Both the position numbers and the translations under genes were made by a program. The notes below the pieces were generated by a model. The model saw only the letters and a list, made by a program, of their open reading frames with translations, did not search any database and was not told the DNA's origin. A DNA stretch of 64,000 nt, taken from positions 109,368,001 to 109,432,000 of the forward strand of contig NC_043001.1 in NCBI RefSeq assembly GCF_006345805.1, in the 5' to 3' direction. Source of the stretch: Octopus sinensis. Its lineage: Eukaryota. Positions 1 to 13,296 of the stretch are shown one piece after another; position 1 is the stretch's first letter, and every line of letters begins with the position of its first letter.

Positions 1-429
1 CACACCCACCCACACACACATATATTAATGTATATATGTATATAATTCCATTTATCTATATGACGTGTGTATGTGTTTAATTGACTTAAAGGTTTGGTCG
101 CTTTAATTTATCGATACTGCTGTACATAGGGTAAATGTCTTTGAAAGTCTTGGTTTCTTTGGTATGTTTGTTCCCTAACAACACTTATTTTGGTGCTGTT
201 AACACTGCCGGATTGAATGGTACTGCCCAGGTGTCGAAACCATAATGATATCTGTGGGGCAGCTGATGATGGAAGTATGTTGGATTGTTGGTATGGCTGT
301 TTTTTATATGTGGAATAGTATTATAACACAACCTTTTGATATATGTGTGTGTGTATGTACATATGTGTGCGTGTGCATATGTAAATATATGTGTGCGTGC
401 GTATGTTTATATATTTGTGGGCGTGTCTG

Positions 430-1183
430 TTTAAAATACATAACCGTACTGAGCTGTAGATCACTTACCAAATGTCTTCTAATTAGTGGAAATCAGTACC
501 CGGTGGAGCTTCTTCGCAATCTTCATGATCACTTCATAATCTTTATGTTGACTAAACGGTTGAGTGTATACAAATCAAAAACAAGGTGTACGTTTGTTCT
601 GGCTCACAAGACAAGTATGAATCTAAAATTGCCCATAATGAGATTATACATAATCTTTATGTTGACTAAAGCGATCACGTTTATACTGTGGGAACCGCTG
701 GCCGAATATGGCTACTCGTAGAATTCCATAAAACTCACACAGTTTCTGTAAGATAACATGAAAGCTTATATGTGAAGTTACAAGCTTATATGTGAAGTTG
801 GGCATATGTTGTTTCCCATTTTATTCTCGGTCATATTCAATCTCATTATTGGCAATTTTAAACTCATACTTTTCTTGTGAGAACGTACACCTTGTATTTG
901 ATTTGTATACCTTCAGCCCTTGTAAGGGATACTCAGTATAATCCCCATGAGAAATTGGAATTAATTGCAAAGTATCCGTCGTGGTGAGATCTGAACTAGC
1001 GTTTGATTCCGATTGTCGTGAAAGCAACGTTTTCTCGTTATGAATAGCTAACCTTAACATTGTTTGGTTTAAAGAACTAATGACATTTGAGAGTATATAG
1101 CAAGTACGGATTTGCAAAGGAATGAAATTTCTTGGTTATATCCTATATATCTGTCAGCAAATTCAGAGAGCCCAAACAGAATG
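430..1183 (-). mobile_element. Degenerate Penelope-like retroelement fragment (RT/GIY-YIG linker region)
   Basis: The minus-strand translation around 1020-1150 reads DITKKFHSFANPYLLYTLKCH*FFKPNNVKVSYS*RENVAF, resembling the Penelope linker motif (KIFNRNxVKVSYSCMPN). It is followed by YPLQG..VYKS, resembling CPLxGxC..VYKA. Stops are present and the element ends at a (TA)n tract. Confidence 0.5.
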
Positions 1184-1186
1184 AAT

Positions 1187-1231
<45 letters not shown>

Positions 1232-1538
1232 TATATATTAATATAGATAAATGAAAGAATGGAGTCGAACGACGATTTAACAAAATTCCTTTATTCCTAT
1301 ATATTAATATAGCTACTTTATAAACATGTAGACTTTGTATATTGGAAAATTTTCAAAGGCTGACAAAGATTATAATATATTTAACAGAAATACCAAGGCA
1401 TTCCATAACTGATAGCACAGGGTGACATTGCTCATGGAACATCTAAACCGGCTATACATGCCGAAAATTACGTCGCAACTTCAAGTAACTATCGATTAAG
1501 AGAAAAGCTGACCTTATCACATGTCGATGAATATATAC

Positions 1539-1592
<54 letters not shown>

Positions 1593-2704
1593 TATATATA
1601 TATTATATATATATATATACTATATCACATGTTGACGAATATATAGTTAAGATGTTTAGGCGTGTAAATTTGCAAATAGTTGTATTTTCGGCGATGCGAG
1701 TAACAAAACCCATAATACTAACGACAAATAAGGTGCAACATACTCAGGGATCCGTGATTACCCTCGAAAACACACGCACACACGCGCGCGCGCGCACACG
1801 CACACATGCACACACACACACGCACTCACTCACACACATGCACTCACTCATGTGTGCTCGCATGTTTACATATATATGTGTATATATGTTTGTTTACATT
1901 GGTTTAGATCCAAAGGCGCATGGAAAGCTACAACAAATTTATAAACATTTATTTATCGAGTTGACATATAGAATGACAAAAGAATTTTTTATTAACTTTA
2001 TTACGTGTGTGATTTCTGTTTGCGCAATATGATTTAAGAGTCGTTGTGGCCAGAAATATATGCGGTCTGTCAAATGTCACTCGGTGGCTGAACAAATTTC
2101 AGATTTATTAATACGATGACAGTTTGGCCATTGAAATATTTTATGTCCCCTCACGTTGCATAATATTCATGCTTGGGTATGTATATTCACTAAGATATAT
2201 AATAGATTACGGTAACAGAATAAATGGGCTCAATCGATTTATGCAACAGTTATGGGAGAAATCGTTCGATAACCAATCAATAACAAATTAATGTATCAGG
2301 AAATATAAATATACATAGATCCCGATTAATGCGATGTTTCCGGCTTTGGCTGTGAGCAATATGATTCAAAATCCTTTACATGCGTTTATACATGCTTTCA
2401 TATGCATTATCGCGTATAATACAATGGTATACATACTCGCGTACACACACGCCTACTTATACTCGCATACATTCGCAAAAGCAAGCACATGCATAATGTT
2501 AATAGTAGATAAAAATTAGAACACAAAAATTAGGAAGATGAAATTGAATACTGTTTAGGAAATTCGCTCACCCGCGAACAACATCCTACAATCCACGAAT
2601 TTGTTGTAACAGACACGACTGGGCGTGACTTTTTTTCGTTGCCCTATCGAATTTTCGAACCTACATTCTTATATTCATTTGAAGTCATGATCTATATATA
2701 TATA

Positions 2705-3328
2705 GGCGTAGGAGTGGCTGTGTGGTAAGTAGCTTGCTTACGAACTACATTGTTCCGGGTTCAGTCCCACTACGTAGCACCTTGGTCAAGTGTCTTCTAC
2801 TATAGCCTTGGGTCGACCAAAGCCTTGTGCGTGGATTTGGTAGACTGAAACTGAACGAAGCCCGTCGTATATATGTATATACATATACTCTTTTACTCTT
2901 TTACTTGTTTCAGTCATTTGAATGCGGCAACTCAACCCCGGGACTTATTCATTGTAAGCCCAGTACTTATTCTATCGCTCCCTTTTGCCGAACCGCTAAG
3001 TGACGGGGACATAAACACACCAGCATCGGTTGTCAAGCAATGCTAGGGGACAAACACAAACATACACGCACACACACACACATATATATATATACATATA
3101 TACGACGGGCTTCTTTCAGTTTCCATCTACCAAATCCACTCACATGGCTTTGGTCGGCCCGATGCTGGTGTGTTTACGTCCCCGTAACTTAGCAGTTCGG
3201 CAAAAGAGACCGATACAATAAGTACTAGGCTTCCCAAGAATAAGTCCTGGGATCGATTTGCTCGACTAAAGGTGGTGCTCCAGCATGGCCATAGTCAAAT
3301 GACTGAACCAAGTAAAAGAGTAAAAGAA
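2705..3328. mobile_element. SINE group A (+) interrupted by an inverted partial group-A copy (~2887-3160, -)
   Basis: tRNA-like head ggcgtaggagtggctgtgtggtaag...ggttcagtccc. The reverse-complement tail starts ~2887 and the + strand body resumes at ccgatgctggtgtgtttacgtcccc, ending in (gtaaaaga)n. Confidence 0.85.
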
Positions 3329-4158
3329 TACCACGGATATTGAAAAAAAATAAACGGTGAGCATGCTCTTGATTAAGCTACTCCTCTGTCGTGCTTTTTA
3401 AGCGCCTTTGCCACTCAAAGCACTGCGTACGACTCATTGCCTCGTCACCGTAAGCTTGGCAAAACATGCTCAATGTCTCTGTAGTAGACGTCTCGAGTTT
3501 CTTTGTTTCTCGAGTTTCTTGAGGCTCTTTGTTCCAACTTCCTGTCCATGACACTAATCACAGATTACGGCAGACACGTGATCACAAAAACATAAATTTC
3601 ACAACTTGCAAAGTAAACATAGCGATGTCACTGGACACACTATCTCATGAAGGTCACTGCTAGCTCATACTGGAATGCAACCATGTGCCGCCATCTGTTT
3701 GCGCGCTACAGAACTAGTCCGGCAACTTTTTGATACCACCTCATACTTAGAACGAAAACAACACTAACAGTCATAACAGACGATAGAAAGCAATTCTCTC
3801 CATCCATGTGTTGTCTCTCTGTCATCCATCCGTATTGATAAGTAATGGAGTTTGGTGCAAGCCTAGGATGGATGCCTGGAGATTTCGTGATGTTTAGGTG
3901 CCAGAGGTTTTCCTCTAAAACTTGCTCACCTGGTCCAAAATAATGCTGAACACTCTAATGGATGCAAGAGTTTCGGAATAAATTTTATGTCGAACAAGGG
4001 ACCCCAGTGTAGCAGCGAGGAGAACAGAAATTATGTTGCCCTATGTATATTCTAGAATTTGATGCGAAATATATATTTTGGAGCCAAAGATGATGGTAAG
4101 CATTCTTTGAAGAGTAATGATGCAGACAAAAAAATTATGTTGTTATCTTAGCTATTCA

Positions 4159-4350
4159 GGTGGTGAGCAGGCACAGTCGTTAGAATTCCGGATAAAATGC
4201 TGGGTTGTATTTCGTCCGTCTTTACGTTCTGGTTTCAGATTACACCGAGGTTGTCTTTACCCTATATTCTTTTGGGTTCCATAAAAATAAATACCAATTC
4301 AAGAGTTTCTCCTCCTAATTGCTGACCTTCTGCCTATAGTAGAAAGATTT
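4159..4350 (+). mobile_element. Degenerate SINE group B
   Basis: Diverged match to the head ggcggcgagctggcagaa...ttagc and the core gcctttcatcctttcggggtcgataaa. Confidence 0.6.
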
Positions 4351-4852
4351 ATTACCTCAGCTGTCAAAAATAACCGAGACATTAGTATAGCTATAGCTCT
4401 CAAACAAAGCGGTTTGCTTTCCGATCACCTACATCACGGCTCAAGTCCAAGACTTGGCTTGATAAGGCTGTGTATTACTTTATAACCTTATACAGCTTCA
4501 TAAATTTGTATTTATATGTTTTTTCTTCATAACGTTTGTCAGCCCTTCAAAATTTATAACTAAGAAGTAAATATTTGGTGTATACACATCATTATGTGTT
4601 GAATGGTTGATTTTTCGCTCGAATATTTTAGAATCACTGAAAAAGAAAACTTGTTTTCATTTATTAAACTCATTTATGTAACAACGTTAAATTTATTATT
4701 TTACATATTGCTTGCTAAAATAATCAATTTGATATGTTAATGGCTCCACACAGACAAAGTAAATATATTATTACATTCGGTATTTAAATGCTTCATAATG
4801 CACATACGCGTGTATAGATACAAAACTGTGTTTGTAAATGCCTGTATATACA

Positions 4853-4906
<54 letters not shown>

Positions 4907-5871
4907 CTTGATCATCAACTTAATGTGAAGGCTGTGTTAGAATATCATTAATTATTTTATATGTATGTATGTATGAATGCATGTATAACGCATGTGTTTG
5001 TATCGTGAGAAATATATATATAGGAAGATAGATCGATTGATATATACATACATACACCCCCACACCCCCACAGAGATAAATATGTGTGTGCGTGTGTGTC
5101 TGTTTTCTAATTAATGCCGAAATTATGTTTGCATACAGGATGAGATATTTCACTTCCAATTCATTCATTCAAATATTCAGAGCTTCTGTTCATTATAAAT
5201 TTAATTTCATATCTACTTATCCAATAATATACTGTTTACAAGTGAAATTTTGTTGAAATAATATATTATAAGTGTCGAAATTAAACACTGAATTTCAAGG
5301 CTATGTTTTACAAAACAGCACCATGACATTTAGATCAGCTTAAATATGCTTGGAACATATTTGAACTGTATAAAGTTCATATCCACTGTTGTTTGCCAGT
5401 GAGAAACACTTCATAATTTTGGCAATAGGTGCCTTTCGAGGCGGAACGATGAATGCATTTCAAGCTTCTCAACAAAGGCAGTTCTGGATTGTCTTTAAAA
5501 GCAATCGTTTCCGTATTGTATGTGAATCAACACCCAGCATGAGTTCATCGACGATTGCCTCGGTTTTCTAATTATTTTTATACAAAATCAGCTACTTTAA
5601 AAGAAGAGATTAGTTGATGCCAATAACTATAGTGCGTGATTGGTACTTTATGATATCGTTCCCTAAGAATCGGAAGATAAAGATCGTCTCAGCAAGATTT
5701 GAACTCAGTAGAACGTAAATAGCCTAAAAAATAACACAACGCACTCTCTCTGATCTGCCAATTCTTCCACTTTATAATAATGTTTTCTGATTTAGTCATT
5801 AGGTCAGCAATTTTTAGAGAACTGGGTTAGCCAACACTATTGGTCTCAGAACTATACTCTTATATAGATGA

Positions 5872-6180
5872 AGGCGCATGGCTCAGTAGTCAGAGCGTCG
5901 AACTTACGACTGTCAGGTTGTGAGTTCGAATCCCGGATCGGGCTGCGTGTTGTGTTCTTGAGCAACACACTTAATTTTACGTTGCTCCAGTTACCTCAGC
6001 TGTAGAAATGAGTTGCGACGCCACGGGTTCCATCTGTATCGGCGTTTGCCTTTCCATTGGATAACACTGGTGGCGTGGAGAGGGGAGGCCGGTATGCATG
6101 GGTGACTTTGCCTGGATTTGTGCCTGGGCGGGTAACTTTCTAGGTGCAATCCCATGGTCATTCGTGACCGAAGGGGTTCC
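5872..6180 (+). mobile_element. tRNA-derived SINE group C
   Basis: A-box TGGCTCAGTAGT, B-box GTTCGAATCC, then tgtgttcttgagcaacacactt. A close sister copy lies at 45129-45380. Confidence 0.85.
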
Positions 6181-6337
6181 TTCACTCTTATATATTTCTT
6201 GCTAGAGAATGAGGCTATCCTTAATGACTAAAGGCTGCAGGCACAATGCAAAACTAAAGCCAGGCTATTGCTCAGCAGGTCATACCTTATCACTATGGGT
6301 GACTTGAGGCTCCTGTTTACCTCTAACTGAAAAATAC

Positions 6338-6557
6338 AGGCTTTAACTGTAACTCACTGCTTCAGACCTGACAATCCAGTATTTTGGTATTCCCAAAACT
6401 ACACTATATAACTTGTCACTTCTCCGTAAAGACAATAGGACAGGATTTGAGAGAATTTCATTCATAATTGTAGCAAGTTTAGGAACAATGTAGAAGCTCC
6501 GGGTTGCTTAATAATGTGTCTGCTCAGGTTTAAAGCAGTGAGTTATAGTTAAAGCCT
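6338..6557. mobile_element. MITE-like element, 34-bp inverted repeats
   Basis: aggctttaactgtaactcactgcttcagacctga (6338-6371) versus its reverse complement at 6524-6557, 3 mismatches. No clear TSD. Confidence 0.55.
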
Positions 6558-7107
6558 AAAATATAATACATTCAATTATTTGTTCCGGCTGTTTTTGGTC
6601 TATGTTCAAAGCATGGAGACTTACTTTGCAATGTATGTTTTTATGAGAGATCAATAAAGTGCAGACCAAGGAAGACAAATTGGGCTTATTTATTCGTGAT
6701 CGGTTTCGCTGTCATTGCGTTCTGATAGCAACGGCTTCGACGGCAATGGTTAGTAAAACCTCTAACCTTTCGTTCAGACATCGTCACTGACGCAACATCA
6801 GATATGCATGCAAACGTAATTGCTGGTTGTAGAAAATGGCACCTTGTCAATGAGTAACATCCAAATGCAGAACTATCATTGAACATAATAATAAGGACAC
6901 ATATCCGTACAATGTAAATAATGTAAATAATGTACAGAATTCTACATCTCTAAAATATAGAACAGAATAAAAGCTACAAGTGTAGGAAACCATTATATCC
7001 ATGCATAATAACGTTTCACTCTGAAACATTCTGTCATTTCAATTTGAGTGGATTGAGTTTTATTTGCTTGTTTTACTGAAATTGATAAATCATTCAGTGC
7101 TAAATAT

Positions 7108-7322
7108 TAGTTTCAAATTTGGGCATGAGGCTAGCAGTTTTAGAGGAAGGGTTAAGATGGTTATATACACCCCAGTGTTCAACTGGTACTAATTTTGTCG
7201 AACCCGAAAGAACGAAAGGCAAAGTGGACTCCAGTAGCGTTTGACCTCAGAACGTAAAGAGCCAACAAAAACGCCGCTTAGCATTTTGTCCGACGCGCTA
7301 TCGATTTTGCCTAGTCACCGCT
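7108..7322 (-). mobile_element. SINE group B
   Basis: Reverse complement of the group-B core (cccgaaagaacgaaaggcaaagt...ctcagaacgtaaag). Confidence 0.75.
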
Positions 7323-8046
7323 TTTGAAGGACTACGGTGATTGCTGTTTAATAAATACCAAATTAAGGTAACTTTGTTGCATTCGAGCAAAATCAGGAGA
7401 AATATTTACGTAAATTAAGATAAGAAACCAGCTCATGGACCTGTTTCGCTGGGCGGTCGCAATCATAGCATGAATTGGCCAAATATACATCATATGTTGA
7501 CGATCAATACATTTCCGTTTGCTAATATTATGAAAATTTTGTATTTATTCTTTTTAGATCACTTAATAAATATCTTAGCAACGCGTCGCTTTTTAAAAGA
7601 ACAAACTTTTCTCCTTGGCTGGTGATTTATTGCACGTCAAAAATGAATAACAAAATGTCATTAGATTTAGTGAGTTCTAAATGAATTATACTCCTATATT
7701 TAGTTATAATTTTTAAAGACGGAAACAACAAATACAGTTTCAAATAAAATTTATAACAAGACTTTTGCTTATCAATTACAACTCAACAATACATTGGTAA
7801 AAATGATAACAAACAGACAGGGGCATTCGCTACATTAACAAAATTGTTTACGTTTTTTTTTTCTGTGGTTTTATATTGCAATCTGCAAAAGCCACTCCAC
7901 ATTTATATGTAATTACGTATGTGTGCGTGTGTGTGTGTGTGCGTATGCATTCGTGTCTGCCGCTTTATTTCATTGAACAGTCGTTCACGACGAGAGAATC
8001 CATTATACATACATACATACATAATATATATATACACATATATATA

Positions 8047-8099
<53 letters not shown>

Positions 8100-8105
8100 A
8101 TACAT

Positions 8106-8394
8106 AGATATTTGTTGTTTTTTTTCTTCAATTTCTGCAATTTCAACCAATCACTGACGTCCATTGAGGTAAAAAAACATTCTGTGCCGTGTGAATATGC
8201 CCCTCGTTTAAGAAACAGATTGGGTTTATTTACATTTGTGAAGAAAAAAAGATACCCTTACCCCCACCCCTAACCCTAACTAACCCTAACCCTAAAACAT
8301 TGAAATGCAATAGATCGATACTAGGGTCATAATTATGGGTGACAATTTCATATGACACCGCTAGAAAAAACTGCCGTTCAAACCGAAAAGATCC
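8106..8394 (-). mobile_element. Truncated copy of the TTAGGG-containing MITE (same family as 12738-13166)
   Basis: Close reverse complement of 12738-13030. One TIR (aaaactgccgttcaaaccgaaaagatcc) is retained and the other end is lost at a (TA)n tract. Internal (ccctaa)n. Confidence 0.85.
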
Positions 8395-9895
8395 CGTAAT
8401 GTTATTGCTTATGAGAATTTAAGTTACAAGAAACACTTAGCAATGATGTTCGTCACTTGGTGCTGGTGGTCCTTAATCGGAAATGTCTTGACCATTTTTA
8501 TTTCTTAAATGTATCAAAGGAGTAATTTATGCTTCATAGTCTATCAATTGCTCTATGCCACAGGGTCCGAGGTTCTGTTATGATTCCCATATTCTTGCAT
8601 CCTTTCATAGATGTCTCGGTATGGAAGACGCGAATGAAAGGGATTGCGACAGGTCAATTCATCTCCGGACGTGGGCTGGTGAATTATTTCGCCGCCCATC
8701 TTTCCAGCAAGATCCGTCAGGAGAAGCGGAGCCTGCCGCAAAGAGTATTTGGGAAAAGATGAACGGAAGTAGTAAGAAAGATGATAATGCAAAGAGCCGT
8801 GCTTGCATAAAAGGACGGAAATGATTACCAAAAAAAGGAATCAAGCGGCGGGTTAGTTCACTAACCTGAAAAACAGTGATAAATTAACATCTATATTTTT
8901 AACTTCACATCATCCTTCATACATATCTATAAATCCATTCGTTTTTAATCTTTTGTAAAGAGTGCTTCTGACCCTTATATGTTCCTTGCCTGTCCTTGTT
9001 TGTCCCCTCTATGTTTCCTTTTTATTGGAAATAAAGAAAAACTGTTAATAGATGTCTTGCTATCACATATTTCCCAAGGACAACGCATCTCTACAGATGC
9101 TAGTTTTCTTCTGTCATGCACTATACTTCACACAGATCGATTGGGCCGAGTTGTTGTCAAACACATCAAACAAGAAAAGAAGTAAAGACGACTCTACATA
9201 TGAAGCTCTCCCTCTCTTAATGTGTAGTGCCATTGTCAGTGGTGTCGAGCAGATGCTTCCTCAAACACACAATAACCAAGACATGTTTGCAACATTTTTA
9301 AGCGTAACGTATTTGGATTATCGCTATTCAGTTAGTAATACAATATGGTGTGTCTGTCATTTGGCTAATATTTACGGCCTGTTGAGCAATAAAAAAGAGC
9401 TGCGTTGCTCTCTGATTTTGATATACAATATTAACGTAGGAAAATAAAGCAACAATAATGGAGTTCAGGTGTTGACATCTGCAACGTTGTGAGTTCAAAT
9501 TACAAGGGCGTACATTTTGTCTTCTGTTTTTCGGCTCGATAAAAAGATTACAAGCATTTGCTGTTTGTTAGCAATTATGTAGAGTGGGTCATTTGAGTGC
9601 ATCTGATAGTTAGAAATTATTGAAATATACTTCCCCAGTTGTATTTAATCAATGCTTTCTATCATCGATCAAAGCTATCATGATACATGACAGGCAATTA
9701 TTTTCCTCTACCGCAAGGAATAAATGTCCTATTCGACTCTAGAAAGATATAAACTCAAACCAAAAATGAACATGATTAATGATCACAAATCTTCGTTCCC
9801 AATATTCTAAGAATCCTACCGCACACCCCTCTTCGTGGTTACAGCTATTAAATCTTTAACCTGAAACAGAAGATACATTTGCCTTAAGATTAAGG

Positions 9896-10206
9896 AGCTC
9901 TCCGTCGGTTACGACGACGAGGGTCTCAGCGGATACAATCAACGGAACATATAGCTCGTGAAATTAACGTGCAAGTGGCTGAGCACTCCGCAGACACGTG
10001 TACCTTTAACATAGTTCTCAGGGTGTCAAAGAGTGCAACAATGCTGGCCCTTTGAAATACATATACTTGTCATTTTTGCCAGCTGAGTGGACTGGAGCAA
10101 CGTGAATAAAGTGTCTTACTCAAGGACACAACGCGTCGCCGGGAATTGAACTCACGACTTTACCAACGTGAGCGGAATGCCCTAACCACTAAGCCACGAT
10201 CCTTCC
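9896..10206 (-). mobile_element. tRNA-derived SINE, group-C head with the 3' body of the 11351 type
   Basis: The reverse complement shows A/B boxes, the tccttgagtaagacactt domain and the tail gcacgttaatttcacgagc...tcgtcgtaaccgacggag shared with 11351-11730. Confidence 0.8.
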
Positions 10207-10430
10207 TTGAGACTAGCATGGACCAATGAATGGTATCGTAATTTCAGTAGTTTGAAAGGAAATTATTTAAGACAGACCAACTTGTCTGTTGTTAGCTTCG
10301 AGCATTACATTTGCATGGATATTACAATATTGTATGGGGCATCTCAGAATGGTAATCGATTATCCCTGTGAGGATAGGGAATAGCCGAAATAGATCACAT
10401 CACAATATTCTGTCCGTTGCTGGAATAAAT

Positions 10431-10432
<2 letters not shown>

Positions 10433-10466
<34 letters not shown>

Positions 10467-10576
10467 ATTTACGACTGAGAAGTGAAACAGTATCAATTCA
10501 ATTTGACTTTCACACATTGCTCTATGATACAGGGTCCAAAGTTCTCTCATGATTCATATATATATATATATATATG

Positions 10577-10642
<66 letters not shown>
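10433..10642. repeat. (AG)n, (TA)n and (AAT)n microsatellites
   Basis: Directly visible simple repeats at 10433-10463, ~10556-10575 and ~10576-10642. Confidence 0.9.
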
Positions 10643-11350
10643 TAATGAAGGAATATGATTCCAAACTTACAGGGAAAAATTCAATTTAGTAATACTAAAT
10701 CAAATTTCACAATATGATCTACGCATTCAATTAGTTTACAAAATGATTCCGTATCGCTCAACCACGTGTAACCTGAACAAAACGCTCGTTGGGAATCAGC
10801 GTATCACAGTGTAACACACTGTGACAGGGTTGAAACCCTTGAATTACATGTTTATTTCACCCGACGGGTTTCCTCATATTTATGCACGCGGTTTAGTTTG
10901 GACCCAAGACTGACGCAGTTGGAGCGAACACGTATTTTATGATTACGAAATGAACTTCTTCACCACGTAGCTACCTGTATTATCCATCTCATAATTAATC
11001 ATAAAATGAAATTTGAATGAATGGACATTGTAATTGCTTTTTTTGTTTTAGTTCAAACAAATAATCTACACATTTGTTTTTCATTTTTTAACTCCACATA
11101 TTTTGACATAAAACATTAAGAGCAACAATTGGATCATCTGCCTTTCTTTCTTTTAAAATTTCTTTGCTTTATTCAAATTTTTTTAATATTTTGTTTGTGT
11201 GATTCTTTATTACCCACCAGGGGGCGAAATATTTTGTTTGTGTATTCTGGTGAGAAGCTATCAATTAACTCAGCATCACAAAGTCGACAAAGCTTTCTGT
11301 GATCTTCATTTTTTTCTTCTTGTTCTCAGTACTTCCTACAGATAAAATGT

Positions 11351-11730
11351 GGAGGCGCAACGGCCCAGTGGTTAGGGCAGCGGACTCGCGGTCGTAGAAT
11401 CGCAGTTTCGATTCCCTGACCGGGTGTTGTGAGCTTGTCTTGAGTGAAAACACCTAAAGCTCCACGAGGCTCCAGCAGTGGTTGGTGGCGAACCCTGCTG
11501 TACTCTTTCACCACAAACTTCTCTCACTCTTTCTTCCTGTTTCTGTTGTACCTGTATTTCAAAAGTCCAGCCTTGTCACACTCTCTGTCACGCTGAATCT
11601 CCCCGAGAACTACGTTAAGGGTACACGTGTCTTTGCAGCGCTCAGCCACTTGCACGTTAATTACACGAGTTGGCTATTCCGTTGATCGGACCTGCTGGAA
11701 CCCACATCGTCGTAACTGGCGGAGTGCCAA
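11351..11730 (+). mobile_element. tRNA-derived SINE (group C-related)
   Basis: Head ggcgcaacggcccagtggttagggcagcggactc...ttcgattcc. An inverted sister copy lies at 32056-32422. Confidence 0.85.
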
Positions 11731-12737
11731 CAGATAGAATAACAGTTAACATATGCTCAATATAATTTCCATTTATCCACTCTTTATCCACTCCTTATCC
11801 ACTCCGTTACTGACCTGGTCAACTACAGTTCTTTGTTTTATAATTAGCTTAAGCGTATAGCTTTCGTGTTTCTTATAATTTTCAGTAGCACTTGTATAAA
11901 GTTGGGATAGGTTGCTACAAAATCATTTCTGTTTTTTTTTTTTCGTTTTTTCTTTTCTCTCTTTCGTATATCTGTTTTTACTTTGTCCCTCCATTGAAAT
12001 CCGATACAACGTCCTGACATCACATGCAATGCTACTGGCAATGTAACCTAAACCATATCACTATAATTATACCAATCAGATGCCTTTGCATGATTCTTTG
12101 AAGAATTGACCTATTGGAAATAGGTTAATTGGATGTCATGTTCAGAACTTTAAGGAAACATTTAACCCGCTTAAATTCGCTATGTTACAGATAACATAGG
12201 TTACGATTGATACAATATTGATAAACAAAGCGAAATAGTTTACATTGATTAGTAACAATTCTCTGAGTCAGAATGTTCAAACTGGGAATAAAATCCCTAA
12301 CATAGATAAATCATTTCTAAAACGAATCAGAGCGTGGTATTTAAGTCCCCATACCTCTCCCGCCATCTCGCTCTTTTTACCTTCATCCCTGTCTCCCTCA
12401 TTTTTTTCTCTATCTTTCTCTCCCTCTTTCCTCTCTGTCTCTATTTCCCTTTCTGTCAATAAATGACACTTCTCAGATATGCAAATATATTTGCGCAGCA
12501 CACAGCACGAGTTTAAATGTTCTCAGTGTTGTTTGCAGCCCTACTTTCTTAAGTGCTAAACTGCGCAATCCTTTGTTTACATAACGTAAATTCAGAACGA
12601 ATGACCTGTATACATTGCTTGACTTCACTGCAGTTAGATTTATCTTATCTATTACAGAGCACAAGTAAAAAAACTGCCGCATAACAGCTCTATAAATCAA
12701 AATGCTTATCCCGCTCTTATGTGAGAGTAGTTTTATT

Positions 12738-13166
12738 GGATGTTTTCGGTTTGAACGGCAGTTTTATCTAGCGGTGTCATATGAAATTGTCAACCATAAT
12801 TATGACCCTAGTATCAATATATTACATTTCAATCTGTTTTAGGGTTAGGGTTAGTTAGCGTTAGGGTTAGGGGGAAGGGTATCTTTTTTTCTTCCCAAAT
12901 GTAAATAAACCCAATCTGTTTCTTAAACGAGGGACATATTCATACGGTACAGAATGTTTTTTTTTACCTCAATAGGCGTCAGTGATTGGTTGAAATTGCA
13001 GAAATTGAAGAAAAAGAACAACAAATATCTTACAACTATAGAATTTTCTCAATAAAGTCAAGAGAAAAAGATATTTTATAAACACATTCTACCAGTATAC
13101 GAAGTTTAAAATTTTTTAGTTACCTAGAAATTATGTTAAAAACTGCCGGTCAAACCGAAAAGATCC
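12738..13166. mobile_element. Complete 429-bp MITE, ~28-bp TIRs starting GG, 8-bp TSD, internal TTAGGG repeats (Merlin-like by TIR/TSD signature)
   Basis: TIRs ggatgttttcggtttgaacggcagtttt / aaaactgccggtcaaaccgaaaagatcc. TSD gttttatt at 12730-12737 and 13167-13174. tagggttagggttagttagcgttagggttaggg at ~12840-12872. Confidence 0.9.
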
Positions 13167-13296
13167 GTTTTATTAAGAAATTACTGTACATGTCATCTTT
13201 GTTTATCTGCCTTATTTTTTGTACTCTTTTATCACTTGTTATAAGCTACGTGGAAATGACACTAAAGGGATTTGTCATTGTATAGCAAACAAAAGT

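Noticed and set aside
215-280. Hammerhead from CTGATGA (263) and CGAAAC (235)
   Set aside because: The elements and stems are not in a workable topology.
5872-5945. tRNA genes (also 11351, 13297, 14775, 45129)
   Set aside because: The A/B boxes continue into SINE bodies and there is no intact cloverleaf.
8268-8296. Telomere or chromosome-fusion scar (CCCTAA)n
   Set aside because: Short and internal to a multi-copy MITE.
11773-11805. Three ttatccactc repeats resembling DnaA boxes
   Set aside because: An 11-bp micro-tandem duplication in animal DNA that does not match TTATCCACA exactly.
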